DNA from: Coriobacteriales bacterium
GTDB taxonomy: Bacteria > Actinomycetota > Coriobacteriia > Coriobacteriales > UBA8131
Assembly (NCBI GenBank): GCA_031290175.1
Contig: JAITOC010000057.1
Span: 1 to 52,207 of the forward strand
Direction: 5' to 3'
Length of the DNA: 52,207 nt
The translations under genes and the position numbers were made by a program. Positions 18,073 through 28,111 of this stretch are shown here, in pieces; positions within the stretch are counted from its first letter, which is position 1, and each line of letters begins with the position of its first letter. The notes under the pieces were generated by a model, which was not told the DNA's origin, made no database searches, and worked only from the letters and a program-made list of their open reading frames with translations.

Positions 18073-18960
18073 ATGAGAGATTCGTGCAACTTTGAAGCGG
18101 TGCAGGCAAAGGTAGCTGCGCTTCGCACAGACATCGTGCGGATGATCACCGCAGCGGGCAGCGGGCATCCTGGGGGTTCGCTTTCTGCCGTCGAGATCAT
18201 GGCGACCCTCTACTTTGGGGGCGTGCTCAACTACGATGCGGAAAACCCGAAGGCGGAGGCGCGCGACCGCTTTATCCTGAGCAAAGGTCATGCCGCTCCG
18301 GTGCTGTATGCCACGCTCGCCAATGCCGGGTATTTCCCGCGCGAGGAGCTGACCACGCTTCGCGCGTTTGGGTCACGCCTTCAGGGGCATCCTGACAGCC
18401 TGAAGCTCCCCGGTGTCGAGGTTTCCACGGGCTCCCTCGGTCAGGGGCTCTCCATCTCATCCGGTCTCGCCTATGCTCTCGCATTCCCTGCGAGCGCACA
18501 AAGCCCGACCGTATTCACCCTCCTTGGCGATGGCGAACTGCAGGAGGGTCAGGTCTGGGAGGCAGCTATGTTCGCGGCTCACTATCGCCTGAGCAACCTT
18601 GTGGCCATCATCGACAACAATGAGCTCCAGATTGATGGAGCAGTCTCCGAGGTCATGGACGTGAGGGATATCTCCGCGAAGCTCAGTTCGTTTGGGTGGT
18701 ATGTCCTTGAGGCCGACGGCCACGATGTGAGGGCGCTTTACAAAGAGCTGACCACGGCAAAGGCTCACAAAGAAGGCCCTGCTGTCGTTGTCGCTCACAC
18801 GGTTAAAGGCAAAGGCGTCAGCTTCATGGAAAACCAATGCGGCTGGCACGGCAAGGCTCCCAATGCCGAGCAGTGCGCCGCAGCCCTGGACGAGTTGTGC
18901 GCGCCGGGCGAGGCGGCGCTCTCAGTATCAGACAGGCCCGCTGACCGGGAGGTGGTGTGA
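18073..18960 (+). CDS. Transketolase, N-terminal (TPP-binding) subunit
   Basis: GSGHPGGSLS, DRFILSKGHAAP, LQGHP, TGSLGQGLS, GDGELQEG, WHGKAP. Confidence 0.95.
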   Translation: MRDSCNFEAVQAKVAALRTDIVRMITAAGSGHPGGSLSAVEIMATLYFGGVLNYDAENPKAEARDRFILSKGHAAPVLYATLANAGYFPREELTTLRAFGSRLQGHPDSLKLPGVEVSTGSLGQGLSISSGLAYALAFPASAQSPTVFTLLGDGELQEGQVWEAAMFAAHYRLSNLVAIIDNNELQIDGAVSEVMDVRDISAKLSSFGWYVLEADGHDVRALYKELTTAKAHKEGPAVVVAHTVKGKGVSFMENQCGWHGKAPNAEQCAAALDELCAPGEAALSVSDRPADREVV

Positions 18961-18962
18961 GG

Positions 18963-19895
18963 ATGAGCGAGAAGAAAGCAACCCGCGCTGCCTTTGGCGA
19001 GACCTTGGTCGAGCTTTTGTATGAGGGCGTGGATGTCTATGCGGTCGATGCCGACCTCTCTGGCTCTACGACGACGGCCAAACTGGCTGCGGTTGCACCT
19101 GAGCGGCACCTCAACGTGGGTATTGCTGAGCAGAATATGATTGACGTTGCCGCCGGTCTCTCTCTTGCGGGCAAGACTGTGTTTACGGGGTCGTTTGCCG
19201 TGTTTGGCACCGGACGTGTCTATGATCAGATCCGCAATACCGTGTGCTACACGAAGCTCAACGTGAAAATAACGCCGACCCACGCCGGAATCAGCGTCGG
19301 CTCCGATGGCGGCAGCCATCAAATGATCGAGGATATAGCGCTCATGCGGGCGCTGCCCAACATGCGCGTCCTCGTGCCGGCGGATTTCAACTCCACCAAG
19401 GCGGCGCTTCGCATCGCAGCCGCTACGCCGGGGCCCTTCTACGTGCGCATGGGTCGCGCGAACGTGCCCAGTTTGTATCCGGACACCGGGGGCTTCGAGC
19501 TCGGTCGGGCGCGCATCCTCCGCGAGGGCTGTGACGTGACCATCGTGGCGTGCGGGGTCGAGGTCTATCTTGCGCTTGAGGCTGCTGAGCTTCTTGCTGC
19601 CGAGGGCATCCAGGCCGAGGTCATCGACGCCTTCTCTCTCAAGCCACTTGACGCTGCAACCATCCTCGCTTCGGCGCGGAAAACCGGGTTTGTCGTCACT
19701 GCAGAAGAACACTCGGTCATCGGTGGCCTTGGCGAGGCGACCGCCGCGCTTCTTGCGGAGAACCCCGGGGTTGCCGTAAAGCCACTGAGGCGCATAGGCG
19801 TTCAGGATCGGTTTGGAACCTCGGGCGAATTCGAGGAGTTGTTCAGGGAATACGGGCTTGACGCTCAGGCCATCCATGATGTTGTGGTAGAATAG
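18963..19895 (+). CDS. Transketolase, C-terminal subunit
   Basis: DADLSGST, NVGIAEQNM, DGGSHQ, EEHSVIGGLG, DRFGTSG. ATG 18963 behind GGAGG, or GTG 18957. Confidence 0.95.
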   Translation: MSEKKATRAAFGETLVELLYEGVDVYAVDADLSGSTTTAKLAAVAPERHLNVGIAEQNMIDVAAGLSLAGKTVFTGSFAVFGTGRVYDQIRNTVCYTKLNVKITPTHAGISVGSDGGSHQMIEDIALMRALPNMRVLVPADFNSTKAALRIAAATPGPFYVRMGRANVPSLYPDTGGFELGRARILREGCDVTIVACGVEVYLALEAAELLAAEGIQAEVIDAFSLKPLDAATILASARKTGFVVTAEEHSVIGGLGEATAALLAENPGVAVKPLRRIGVQDRFGTSGEFEELFREYGLDAQAIHDVVVE

Positions 19896-19999
19896 AAGCG
19901 TCATATGCTCTACAGCGCCTGGAGTTGCGTGTTTAGCGAGACACTACCCTGGGATACAAGACTCCAGCAGAAAATGATCACTAAACGAACGGAGAGATA

Positions 20000-21283
20000 G
20001 TGACAGACGAGAATCAGGCGTGGGTTTCAGCAAACCCGCCACAGACCTCGCAACCGGAGCCGATAGCAGCACCGTCAGGCACAAACTCACAGACCACAAT
20101 CCAGCAGGCGAAAGCGGAAGCTGATTTGCGCGCCCAGTACCTCGTGGATGAGTTGATTGCCCAAAGCACGACGCTCGGTTCGCCGATACCCGAGGTAAAG
20201 ATCACAACACCAGCTTCGCAGGAGGCGGCGGTTGTGTCTCCGGCAAGCGTTGCACCCCCCCCAGCAGCTCCACCCGCGCAAACTGAGCCGGTAGCCGTCC
20301 GGGTCGAGGCGCCTGCTCCCGCATCCGCATCTGCTCCCGTCGCGAGCACGACAGCATCAATGCCTGCACCCGTCGCTTTCGCGGAGACTTCAGCGGTGCC
20401 TGCACCGGCATCGGGAAGCGCTTTAGCAACAACTCTGCCTGAGACTACGGTTGCACCCGCAGCGGAGCAGGGTTCAACCATGTCTATCCCTGAGGTGGCT
20501 CCTGTTGAACCTGTCACACCGGTCTATGATGGAACGGTGTCCGCAGGAAGATTGGGCACACAGAGACCCCGCTCACAGAGTGGCAGACCCGTCATCGTCT
20601 TCGACCACCTCACCAAAGCGTACCCCACGCAGCCGAATAAACCGGCGCTGTCCGGTGTGACGCTTGAGGTCTTTCCAGGAGAGTTCATCTTCCTCGTCGG
20701 CCATTCCGGCTCGGGCAAATCGACCTTCATCCGTCTGATAAACCGTGAACTCACCGCCACAAACGGTAGGCTTATCGTTGCAGGTGAAGATCTCGTTCGG
20801 ATGCGCAACTGGCGCGTTCCCTATCTGCGCCGCAACATCGGCTGTGTCTTTCAGGACTTCAAGTTGCTCCCAAACAAGACGGCGTTTGAGAATGTCGCCT
20901 TTGCGCTCGAGGTCATCGGCAAGTCAAAACACATAATCCGCACTCAGGTGCCCGAGGTTTTGCGATTGGTCGGTCTCGATGAGAAGCTTGACCAGTACCC
21001 CGATCAGCTCTCTGGCGGTGAACAGCAGCGCGTTTCTATCGCGCGCGCTATCGTGAATCGTCCACCGCTGCTCATCTGCGATGAGCCGACGGGCAATCTC
21101 GATCCGCAGACCTCACTTGGTATCATGCGCCTGCTCGACCGCATCAACCGTACCGGCACGACTATCCTGGTGGCCACGCACGACCGAGAGATGGTCGACT
21201 CGCTCCGCAAGCGCGTCGTTGCCCTCGAAAACGGCTGCCTTATCCGCGATGAGGAGAAGGGGGTGTACGGTCTCGATGCGTAA
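20000..21283 (+). CDS. ftsE: Cell division ATP-binding protein FtsE with long Pro/Ala-rich N-terminal extension
   Basis: GHSGSGKST, VFQDFKLL, LSGGEQQRV, DEPTGNLD. Directly upstream of ftsX. GTG start behind GGAGA. Confidence 0.93.
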   Translation: MTDENQAWVSANPPQTSQPEPIAAPSGTNSQTTIQQAKAEADLRAQYLVDELIAQSTTLGSPIPEVKITTPASQEAAVVSPASVAPPPAAPPAQTEPVAVRVEAPAPASASAPVASTTASMPAPVAFAETSAVPAPASGSALATTLPETTVAPAAEQGSTMSIPEVAPVEPVTPVYDGTVSAGRLGTQRPRSQSGRPVIVFDHLTKAYPTQPNKPALSGVTLEVFPGEFIFLVGHSGSGKSTFIRLINRELTATNGRLIVAGEDLVRMRNWRVPYLRRNIGCVFQDFKLLPNKTAFENVAFALEVIGKSKHIIRTQVPEVLRLVGLDEKLDQYPDQLSGGEQQRVSIARAIVNRPPLLICDEPTGNLDPQTSLGIMRLLDRINRTGTTILVATHDREMVDSLRKRVVALENGCLIRDEEKGVYGLDA

Positions 21284-22190
21284 TATCTGGCATTTCATAC
21301 GCGAGGCGCTCAGCAACTCGAAGAAGAACTTCTCCACGACTCTTGGTGCCATCGTCACCATATTCCTGTCTTTGTTGATAATCGGTGTGTTTATGGTCTT
21401 CTCGCTCATCATCGAAAAGCTTATCGTCCAGGTGGAAAGCGACATCAACATCACCATCTTTCTGGCAGACGATGTCAACGCTGAGGATCTTGCAGCTTTC
21501 CAGGACTACATCCGCACCCTCCCCGGCGTCGACAAGGATGGCGTGCTCTATGTGTCTAAGGAGGATGCGCTCGAGAAGTTCAGGGAGCAGGCCGGCTCCG
21601 AGATCGTGGACGCACTCGATGGCAATCCTCTGCCTGCTTCGATTGAGATCAAGCTCTCGGATCCCGAGCAGGTTCAGGCGGTCGTTGACGAGATAATCCT
21701 CTATCCGGGCACCATGACCGTAATCGACCGACCGGACAATCAGAGTGAGTCGTTCAGGTATGGTGAAGAATATGTCGAGCGACTCATAGACATCGCGAAC
21801 ATCATCCGAACCATCAGCCTAGCACTCATTGTGCTCCTGGTTGTTGTTGCTCTCATCTTTATCAACAACACGATCCGCCTTGCCATCCTCGCGCGGCGGA
21901 AGGAGATCGCCATCATGCGTCTCGTTGGTGCCTCCAATGGCTTCATCCGCGGACCCTACCTCATGGAGGGTGCACTGCAGGCTGCTATCGGAGCCGGGCT
22001 TGCGATAGGGACGATTTCCTTTGCCTGTGGCTATCTCCTCCCAAAGATACAAGAATCGACCATCCGGTGGCTGCCGCTTGACTTCACCTCTTTGGATCTC
22101 GGTTTGATCTATCTGATTTTGCTGGGTGTGGGGCTCATAATCGGTCTGTTCGGCTCGTTCTTCTCGGTACGACGCCATCTTAAGGTGTAG
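21276..22190 (+). CDS. ftsX: Cell division permease FtsX
   Basis: Start MRNIWHF overlaps the ftsE stop. NPLPAS, INNTIRLAILARRKEIAIMRLVGAS..FIRGPY. Confidence 0.95.
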   Translation: MRNIWHFIREALSNSKKNFSTTLGAIVTIFLSLLIIGVFMVFSLIIEKLIVQVESDINITIFLADDVNAEDLAAFQDYIRTLPGVDKDGVLYVSKEDALEKFREQAGSEIVDALDGNPLPASIEIKLSDPEQVQAVVDEIILYPGTMTVIDRPDNQSESFRYGEEYVERLIDIANIIRTISLALIVLLVVVALIFINNTIRLAILARRKEIAIMRLVGASNGFIRGPYLMEGALQAAIGAGLAIGTISFACGYLLPKIQESTIRWLPLDFTSLDLGLIYLILLGVGLIIGLFGSFFSVRRHLKV

Positions 22191-22191
22191 C

Positions 22192-23565
22192 ATGGGGGAG
22201 CAATTTCCTCCGGAGCAACGCCCTCCGTATCCTCCAAATCCTCCCTTTGGAGGGGAGGAGCAGCGTCCTTCACATAAGGCGCCCAGACAACTGGGTGCCT
22301 TTTTGCTCGGTGTCTTGCTCGCCCTTGCCCTCTTTGCCAGTGGCAACTTGTTTGCTGAGCTGGGGATCGTCAATCTTGGCACTGTCCTCGGCTTTCAGGA
22401 TGCACGGGTCAACGGCTCACCTGACGGCGACAAGGGTGTTTCACTGGTGCAGGTTCCCGCGCGTGTGCAGGAGGCTGCCACGATACTTGAGGCTGACGCG
22501 CTCCACGAGTTCACGCAGGAGGAGATCGACCGGGCAACCGACAGCGCCGTCTCTGGTCTGATCGAGGCCAGCGGCGATCCCTACGCAATCTATTACAGCG
22601 CCGCCGACTACGAGCAATACCTGCGCGACTCGAGTGGTGAATACGGTGGCATCGGTGTCACACTGACTGACGACGAAGGGGCGGTGACCGTAACGGAGGT
22701 ATTCTCCGACTCGCCAGCCGAGGAGGCCGGGGTTATCGCGGGTGACACCATAATCGCAATCGACGGCGTTCGTAAGGAATGGACGACCGAAGAGGCGGTT
22801 GGAGCTATTCGTCGCGAGGAGGGCACGTCGGTCACGCTTGTTTGGGGGCGCGAAGATGGTGAGCGTGAGACCACCATGACTTTGCGTGCCATCATCGTGC
22901 CGATCGTCACGACACACCTCCTTGAGGTGGATGGAGCCAAAGTTGGATACCTTTCCCTCGGCCGTTTTACTATGGACTGCGCCGATGACCTGCGTCGAGC
23001 AATCGAGGATTTCGAGGCTCTTGGTGTCGATGGCTACATCCTTGATCTACGGGGCAATCCAGGAGGCTTTCTGGTGGCAGCCATCGGTGTGACCTCACTG
23101 TTCGTGCCCGAAGGTGTGGTTTTGCAAATCGAGGATCACGAGGGCATCGTGACAAAGAAGGTCACGGGCAAGATGGCCACCGATAAGCCGGTCGTTGTGC
23201 TCGTCGATGGGAATTCAGCTTCTGCATCTGAGATTGTCGCGGGCGCGTTCAAGGACTATGGGCGTGCTACCATCGTGGGGGAGACAACCTATGGCAAGGG
23301 AACCGTCCAGGATGTTGTGATGCTGAGCTGGGGGGGCGCTATCCGCTTCACAGTCGCGCATTATCTGAGTCCTCTGGGTCATACGATAGACAAAGTGGGG
23401 GTGGTGCCCGATGTCGAGGTCACCTACAAGGCACCAGAGGTTCCCGAGGATATGAAATTGACAGATAGATTAGCACATTCTCTCTCAAATGATGCCTACG
23501 TCTATGAGCGTGGTTGGGACAATCAGCTCGATAGTGCCCTCAGTGTCTTCATATCGGAACCATAA
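22192..23565 (+). CDS. S41 family C-terminal processing protease (CtpA/Prc-like) with PDZ domain
   Basis: TM anchor, GIGV/SPAEEAGV PDZ, ILDLRGNPGG, SASASEIVAG, TYGKGTVQ. Confidence 0.93.
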   Translation: MGEQFPPEQRPPYPPNPPFGGEEQRPSHKAPRQLGAFLLGVLLALALFASGNLFAELGIVNLGTVLGFQDARVNGSPDGDKGVSLVQVPARVQEAATILEADALHEFTQEEIDRATDSAVSGLIEASGDPYAIYYSAADYEQYLRDSSGEYGGIGVTLTDDEGAVTVTEVFSDSPAEEAGVIAGDTIIAIDGVRKEWTTEEAVGAIRREEGTSVTLVWGREDGERETTMTLRAIIVPIVTTHLLEVDGAKVGYLSLGRFTMDCADDLRRAIEDFEALGVDGYILDLRGNPGGFLVAAIGVTSLFVPEGVVLQIEDHEGIVTKKVTGKMATDKPVVVLVDGNSASASEIVAGAFKDYGRATIVGETTYGKGTVQDVVMLSWGGAIRFTVAHYLSPLGHTIDKVGVVPDVEVTYKAPEVPEDMKLTDRLAHSLSNDAYVYERGWDNQLDSALSVFISEP

Positions 23566-25618
23566 AAAAAGGCGAAAGCCGAGCCCTGTCAGTGCTGGTG
23601 TCATCCACATCGCACGGAGGGGCTATGGTTTCGTGGACACACCCGAGGGTGAGTATTTCGTGCTGCGCGGATACCTCCGTGGTGCCATGGACGGCGATCT
23701 TGTCGAGGTCGTGCGCCTGCGTAGTCTGGAAGCACGAAGACGTCAGCAGATGCGTAAGCCAAGCACTCAGAACCCCCGACCAGGCGGCGGCGTTGGAGAT
23801 CGTGAGATGCTCGGCGGCGTACGACGCGTTATCGAACGCGCGCATACGACGGTTGTGGGAACCTTGCGTCTTGAGAACGGCCTTGGGGTTGTCATCCCCC
23901 AGGATGAGCGCATCCAGCACGACATCTTCATCGACCTGCGGACTCCCGGTAAGCAGGCAGATGAAGGGGCTATCGTTGTCGTGCGCATCACAACCTATCC
24001 CAGCAAGCTCGAATGTGCCTCTGGTTATATCGAGGAGGTCGTGGGGCATGAGACTGACCAAGGGATGGACATTGAGGTCATCATCCGCAAACATGGCCTT
24101 GAGACCGTCTTTTCTGCCGCCGCGCTTGAAGAGGCAGAAGCGGTTTGTCAGTCTGCGGGCACCCCTGAGGGGGCGGAGGCGTTCGGAGCGTCTGGAGTTC
24201 CTGGAGTACCTGGAACGCCCAGAGCGTACGAAGCTCAGCTCATACGCCGGGACCTGCGGGAGCGTTTTGTCTTTACGATCGACCCAGCTGACGCACGTGA
24301 TTTTGACGATGCGCTCTCAGTCGATTATCTTGACGGAAAGATGCGCCTGGGGGTGCACATCGCCGATGTCTCCGCTTACGTACCCTGGAACAGCGCGCTC
24401 GACCTGGATGCACGCCGTCGCGCCACGAGCGTCTACCTGCCCGACCGCGTTATCCCGATGCTGCCGCCCGCGCTCTCTGATGACCTCTGTTCCCTCAAGC
24501 CCCATGAGGACCGCCTGGCGTTCACGGTCGATATGCTCATGCGCAATGACGGAAGTGTCGAGAGCGCCGAGTTTTATCCCTCAATCATCCACTCGTCTGT
24601 GCGCCTGAGCTACGACGAGGTGCAGGAGCTCTTGGGCGCAAAGACCTCTGCGGCAGCCGCAGCGGCACCAGCAGCTCTTATCGGCGCACTCAATAAACTC
24701 ACCAAGAAGCTCGCCCGCAGACGGGAACAGCGGGGCGCTATCGACTTCGAGGGCACTGAGGCAAAGGTGGTGCTTGATGAGAGTGGGCACCCCGTAGCCG
24801 TTAACCTCCGCACAAAGACCGAGGCCACCTCACTGGTAGAGGAATCCATGATTCTCGCAAACGAGCAGATTGCGGCCTTTATGCTTGCTGCTGCAGCGCC
24901 GATGGTCTATCGCATCCACGATGAGCCTTACCCAGCAGCGCTTATCGATTTGCTCCCCACGTTGCAGGAGTTCGGCTATGCGATGCAGAGGGCACCCCAG
25001 ACATCTTTGGATATACAGGCGATCATCAGGCAAAGCAAGGGCAAGCCTGAACACACCCTTATCAGCACGCTCCTGCTGCGATCCATGAAACGAGCGCGTT
25101 ATGCACCCGTGTTCACCACCCACTACGGACTCGCCTCTGAGGCATACACACACTTTACCTCACCGATTCGCCGCTATCCCGATCTCATGGTGCACCGGCT
25201 TTTGCGCTACCTGCTGGCAGGGGAGCAGCCGCCCGAGGACATGTTGAAGCAGCTTGAGTGGATAAGCGCGCACGCATCCGAGATGGAACGTGAGGCAGAG
25301 CACGCCTCCTTTGAGGCAACCGCCCTCAAGCTGCGCGAATACCTCGCTCCCCTGGTGGGAGAGCGGTTCTCGGGAATCATCAGCGGCATCAACAGCTACG
25401 GTTTTTATGTGCGTGAGAATACGACAACGGCCGAAGGCTTTGTCGCTTGCGAGAGCCTTCCCGAGGGCTTTGCATACGACCCGGCGCGGTACCGCTATCA
25501 CCACGCAGACTTCCGCCAAAGCTATCGCCTGGGACAACCGGTCTCCGTCCTGCTTAAGGCAGTCGATCTCTCCCGGGGAAGCCTTGTGTTTGAGGTCATG
25601 GCGGCAACGAGCCTCTGA
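23543..25618 (+). CDS. rnr: Ribonuclease R family exoribonuclease
   Basis: RGYGFV cold-shock domain, TIDPADARDFDDA, HFTSPIRRYPDL, C-terminal S1. Start uncertain (GTG 23543 chosen; ORF open from 23489). Confidence 0.92.
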   Translation: MSSYRNHKKRRKPSPVSAGVIHIARRGYGFVDTPEGEYFVLRGYLRGAMDGDLVEVVRLRSLEARRRQQMRKPSTQNPRPGGGVGDREMLGGVRRVIERAHTTVVGTLRLENGLGVVIPQDERIQHDIFIDLRTPGKQADEGAIVVVRITTYPSKLECASGYIEEVVGHETDQGMDIEVIIRKHGLETVFSAAALEEAEAVCQSAGTPEGAEAFGASGVPGVPGTPRAYEAQLIRRDLRERFVFTIDPADARDFDDALSVDYLDGKMRLGVHIADVSAYVPWNSALDLDARRRATSVYLPDRVIPMLPPALSDDLCSLKPHEDRLAFTVDMLMRNDGSVESAEFYPSIIHSSVRLSYDEVQELLGAKTSAAAAAAPAALIGALNKLTKKLARRREQRGAIDFEGTEAKVVLDESGHPVAVNLRTKTEATSLVEESMILANEQIAAFMLAAAAPMVYRIHDEPYPAALIDLLPTLQEFGYAMQRAPQTSLDIQAIIRQSKGKPEHTLISTLLLRSMKRARYAPVFTTHYGLASEAYTHFTSPIRRYPDLMVHRLLRYLLAGEQPPEDMLKQLEWISAHASEMEREAEHASFEATALKLREYLAPLVGERFSGIISGINSYGFYVRENTTTAEGFVACESLPEGFAYDPARYRYHHADFRQSYRLGQPVSVLLKAVDLSRGSLVFEVMAATSL

Positions 25619-25704
25619 TATGCTACAATCGCTGCACTTCACCTGAACCAAAACGCCTGCCGAGGGACGAAGCCGGACGCAGGCTCTGATGAAAGGAACG
25701 ACCC

Positions 25705-26790
25705 ATGAACAAGAAAGACCTTGATTTTCTCCGCGACCTCACTGAGGCACCCTCTCCGAGCGGCTATGAGGTGCCGGCGGCTGAGCTTGTCCGCACGCGC
25801 CTGAAAAGCAGTGCCGACCAGATTGAGACCAACGTTCTCGGCAGCGTGCACGCAACCCTCAAGGGCAGCAAGAAAGCTGCTCCGAGTGTCATGATCGCCG
25901 GTCACATCGACGAGATCGGCATGATGGTGCGCTACATCAGCGATGAGGGCTTTATCAGCTTCGGTGCAATCGGTGGCGTTGACGCAGCGGTTTTGCCGGG
26001 CATACGGGTCAACGTTTACGGTACGGGCGACTCACCTGCCAAGCCGCAGCTGTTCCGTGGCGTCATGGGCAGAAAGCCCATCCATCTCATCGAGCCTGAT
26101 GAGCGTAAAAATGTTACTCAAATTGACAAATTATTCATCGATGTTGGACTCTCCGGCGCGGAGGCAAAGAAGCATATCCGCATCGGTGACCCCATCACCT
26201 TCGGGGTCGGGTTCGAGACCTTTGGCGACGGCTTTGCTGTCGCGCGTGCCTTTGACGACAAGATAGGCATCTGGATTGCCGTACGCGTCCTTGAGGAAGT
26301 CAAAAAGGCAGGCGGCGCTCAGGGTGACCTTATCGCCGCAGGTACCGTGCAGGAGGAGATAGGCCTGCGTGGCGGCGTGACCAGCGCCTATGGCGTCAAT
26401 CCCACTATCGGCATCAGTGCTGAGGTGGGTCATGCCACCGACTATCCCGGAATCGAGAAAACGAAGTATGGTGAGGCCAAGGCAGGCGCCGGCCCGCTCA
26501 TAGCGCGCGGCCCGAACATCAACCCGGTGCTCTTCGAGCGCATGATTGCAGCTGCCGATGCGGTAAAGGTGCCCTACCAGATAGGCCCTGAGCGCGGTGC
26601 CACCGGCACGGACGCCAACCCTATCCAGATAGCGCGTGGCGGCAAGGTGGCGGGGCTTATCTCCATCCCCCTGCGCTATATGCACACGCCCACCGAGGTG
26701 CTGAAACTCGTCGATCTGGAGCACGCCGTCAAGCTCCTGACCCGTTTTGTGCTTGACCTCGATGACTCAGTGGACTTCACGCCGCGCTAA
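25705..26790 (+). CDS. M42 family metallo-aminopeptidase
   Basis: PSGYE, GHIDEIG, DDK, QEEIGLRG, GTDA, RYMHTPTE. RBS GAAAGGA. Confidence 0.93.
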   Translation: MNKKDLDFLRDLTEAPSPSGYEVPAAELVRTRLKSSADQIETNVLGSVHATLKGSKKAAPSVMIAGHIDEIGMMVRYISDEGFISFGAIGGVDAAVLPGIRVNVYGTGDSPAKPQLFRGVMGRKPIHLIEPDERKNVTQIDKLFIDVGLSGAEAKKHIRIGDPITFGVGFETFGDGFAVARAFDDKIGIWIAVRVLEEVKKAGGAQGDLIAAGTVQEEIGLRGGVTSAYGVNPTIGISAEVGHATDYPGIEKTKYGEAKAGAGPLIARGPNINPVLFERMIAAADAVKVPYQIGPERGATGTDANPIQIARGGKVAGLISIPLRYMHTPTEVLKLVDLEHAVKLLTRFVLDLDDSVDFTPR

Positions 26791-26803
26791 TTGAGGATGA
26801 AAC

Positions 26804-27277
26804 GTGTCAAAACAGCCGGAACATAAGACCATCGCAAAGAACCGTAAGGCCTACCACGAGTACGATATCGAGGAGACCTTTGAGGCAGGCGTCGCGCTGA
26901 CCGGAACCGAGGTGCGCTCCTTGCGCGAGGGGGGTGGTCAGCTGACGGACACCTTTGCGCTCGTGCGCCAGGGGGAGGCCTGGCTGCATGGCCTGCACAT
27001 CAAGCCCTACAGCCACGGTAATCGTGCCAACGTTGAGCCCGACCGCAAACGCAAGCTCCTGCTCCACAAAAAGCAGATCCGCTATCTCTATGAGAAGGTG
27101 CAGAAGGTGGGCATGACCCTCATCCCTCTCTCGATTTACTTCTCTGAGTCAGGGCTCGTAAAGGTCGAGCTGGGGCTTGCGCGCGGCAAGAAAACCTACG
27201 ACAAGCGGGCGTCCATGGCAGAGCGCGACCACAAACGCGACCTCGACCGCGCCCTGAAGGAGCGCAGCCGGGAGTAG
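26804..27277 (+). CDS. smpB: SsrA-binding protein SmpB
   Basis: NRKAYHEY, EAGVALTGTEVRSLR, RKLLLHK, GKKTYDKR. Confidence 0.98.
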   Translation: MSKQPEHKTIAKNRKAYHEYDIEETFEAGVALTGTEVRSLREGGGQLTDTFALVRQGEAWLHGLHIKPYSHGNRANVEPDRKRKLLLHKKQIRYLYEKVQKVGMTLIPLSIYFSESGLVKVELGLARGKKTYDKRASMAERDHKRDLDRALKERSRE

Positions 27278-27370
27278 GACGTTGCCGTTAGCCGCGGCAG
27301 TGCGCCTGCGGATTGCCAGGAGCTCCTGTAACCACATGTGGACAGAAGGCAAATTAGAGAATATATGAGC

Positions 27371-27463
27371 TTGTAAAAAATAGGTTATACTAGTATAGTT
27401 GATTATGACATTGTTCTAGCAGATGATTTCGTATTTGCAAGATGATACTATATATGATACTAT
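27371..27463 (+). promoter_or_regulatory. Two candidate promoters and operator-like repeats for hicAB
   Basis: TTGTAA-17-TATAGT (27371-27399) overlapping palindrome TATACTAGTATA; TTGCAA-17-TACTAT (27435-27463) containing two TGATACTAT direct repeats. Confidence 0.55.
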
Positions 27464-27476
27464 CTAGGAGTTCTGC

Positions 27477-27704
27477 ATGACGCCATCAATCGAGAGCATC
27501 ATTGACAAAATGAAGACGCAGCCAGCGGGTATTCGTCCTTCGGAGGTCGAGCGGGTGCTCGAAGCAAACGGCTATCGATTTGTTCGGCAAAAGGGTTCTC
27601 ATAAGAACTACCGAAATGGATTCGGAGATGTTATAACAATAAAAATCGAGACACCACTCAAAGCTGTGTATGTCAAAGATGTCTTAAAGCGAATCAAGGA
27701 GTGA
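27477..27704 (+). CDS. hicA: HicA family mRNA interferase toxin
   Basis: 75 aa, basic, LEANGYRFVRQKGSHKNY (GSH motif). RBS AGGAG. Confidence 0.9.
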   Translation: MTPSIESIIDKMKTQPAGIRPSEVERVLEANGYRFVRQKGSHKNYRNGFGDVITIKIETPLKAVYVKDVLKRIKE

Positions 27705-27708
27705 ACCT

Positions 27709-28065
27709 ATGGATGCAAAGGACTACCAAAAACTTCCTTATAACTACATAATCCAGCCGGTGAACGATGAGAGCGGATCGTATTTTCATGCCAGGATTCT
27801 GGAGTTTGACGGTTGTCAGAGCACCGGAGATACCTATGAGGAAGCGTACGGCGGACTCCTGGAGGCTATGGAAGGTTGGATAGAGACGAAGCTCAGCGGT
27901 GGTTATCCCATACCCGAACCGATTGCAGCCGACTCCTTCAGCGGTCGATTTGTTTTACGGATACCGAAGTCCCTTCACGCAAAACTGGCACTATGCGCTC
28001 AAAGAGAAGGCGTCTCTCTCAATCAATACGCCCTCTTCAAATTAAGCGGGCAGGGTGGCTCCTAG
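27709..28065 (+). CDS. hicB: HicB family antitoxin with C-terminal RHH
   Basis: EFDGCQSTGDTYEEA, PIPEP, SGRFVLRIPKSLHAKL..A.REGVSLNQY. Confidence 0.92.
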   Translation: MDAKDYQKLPYNYIIQPVNDESGSYFHARILEFDGCQSTGDTYEEAYGGLLEAMEGWIETKLSGGYPIPEPIAADSFSGRFVLRIPKSLHAKLALCAQREGVSLNQYALFKLSGQGGS

Positions 28066-28081
28066 CGCCCATCGCTCCTAT

Positions 28082-28111
28082 TTGCATAAAAAGTGTGAAA
28101 GGTTGTATACT
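28082..28111 (+). promoter_or_regulatory. Probable ssrA promoter
   Basis: TTGCAT-18 bp-TATACT, about 100 bp before the tmRNA 5' end. Confidence 0.55.

Noticed and set aside
21081-21275. Extended N-terminus of FtsX in the ORF track
   Set aside because: Overlaps ftsE out of frame; the true start at 21276 fits FtsX length and coupling.
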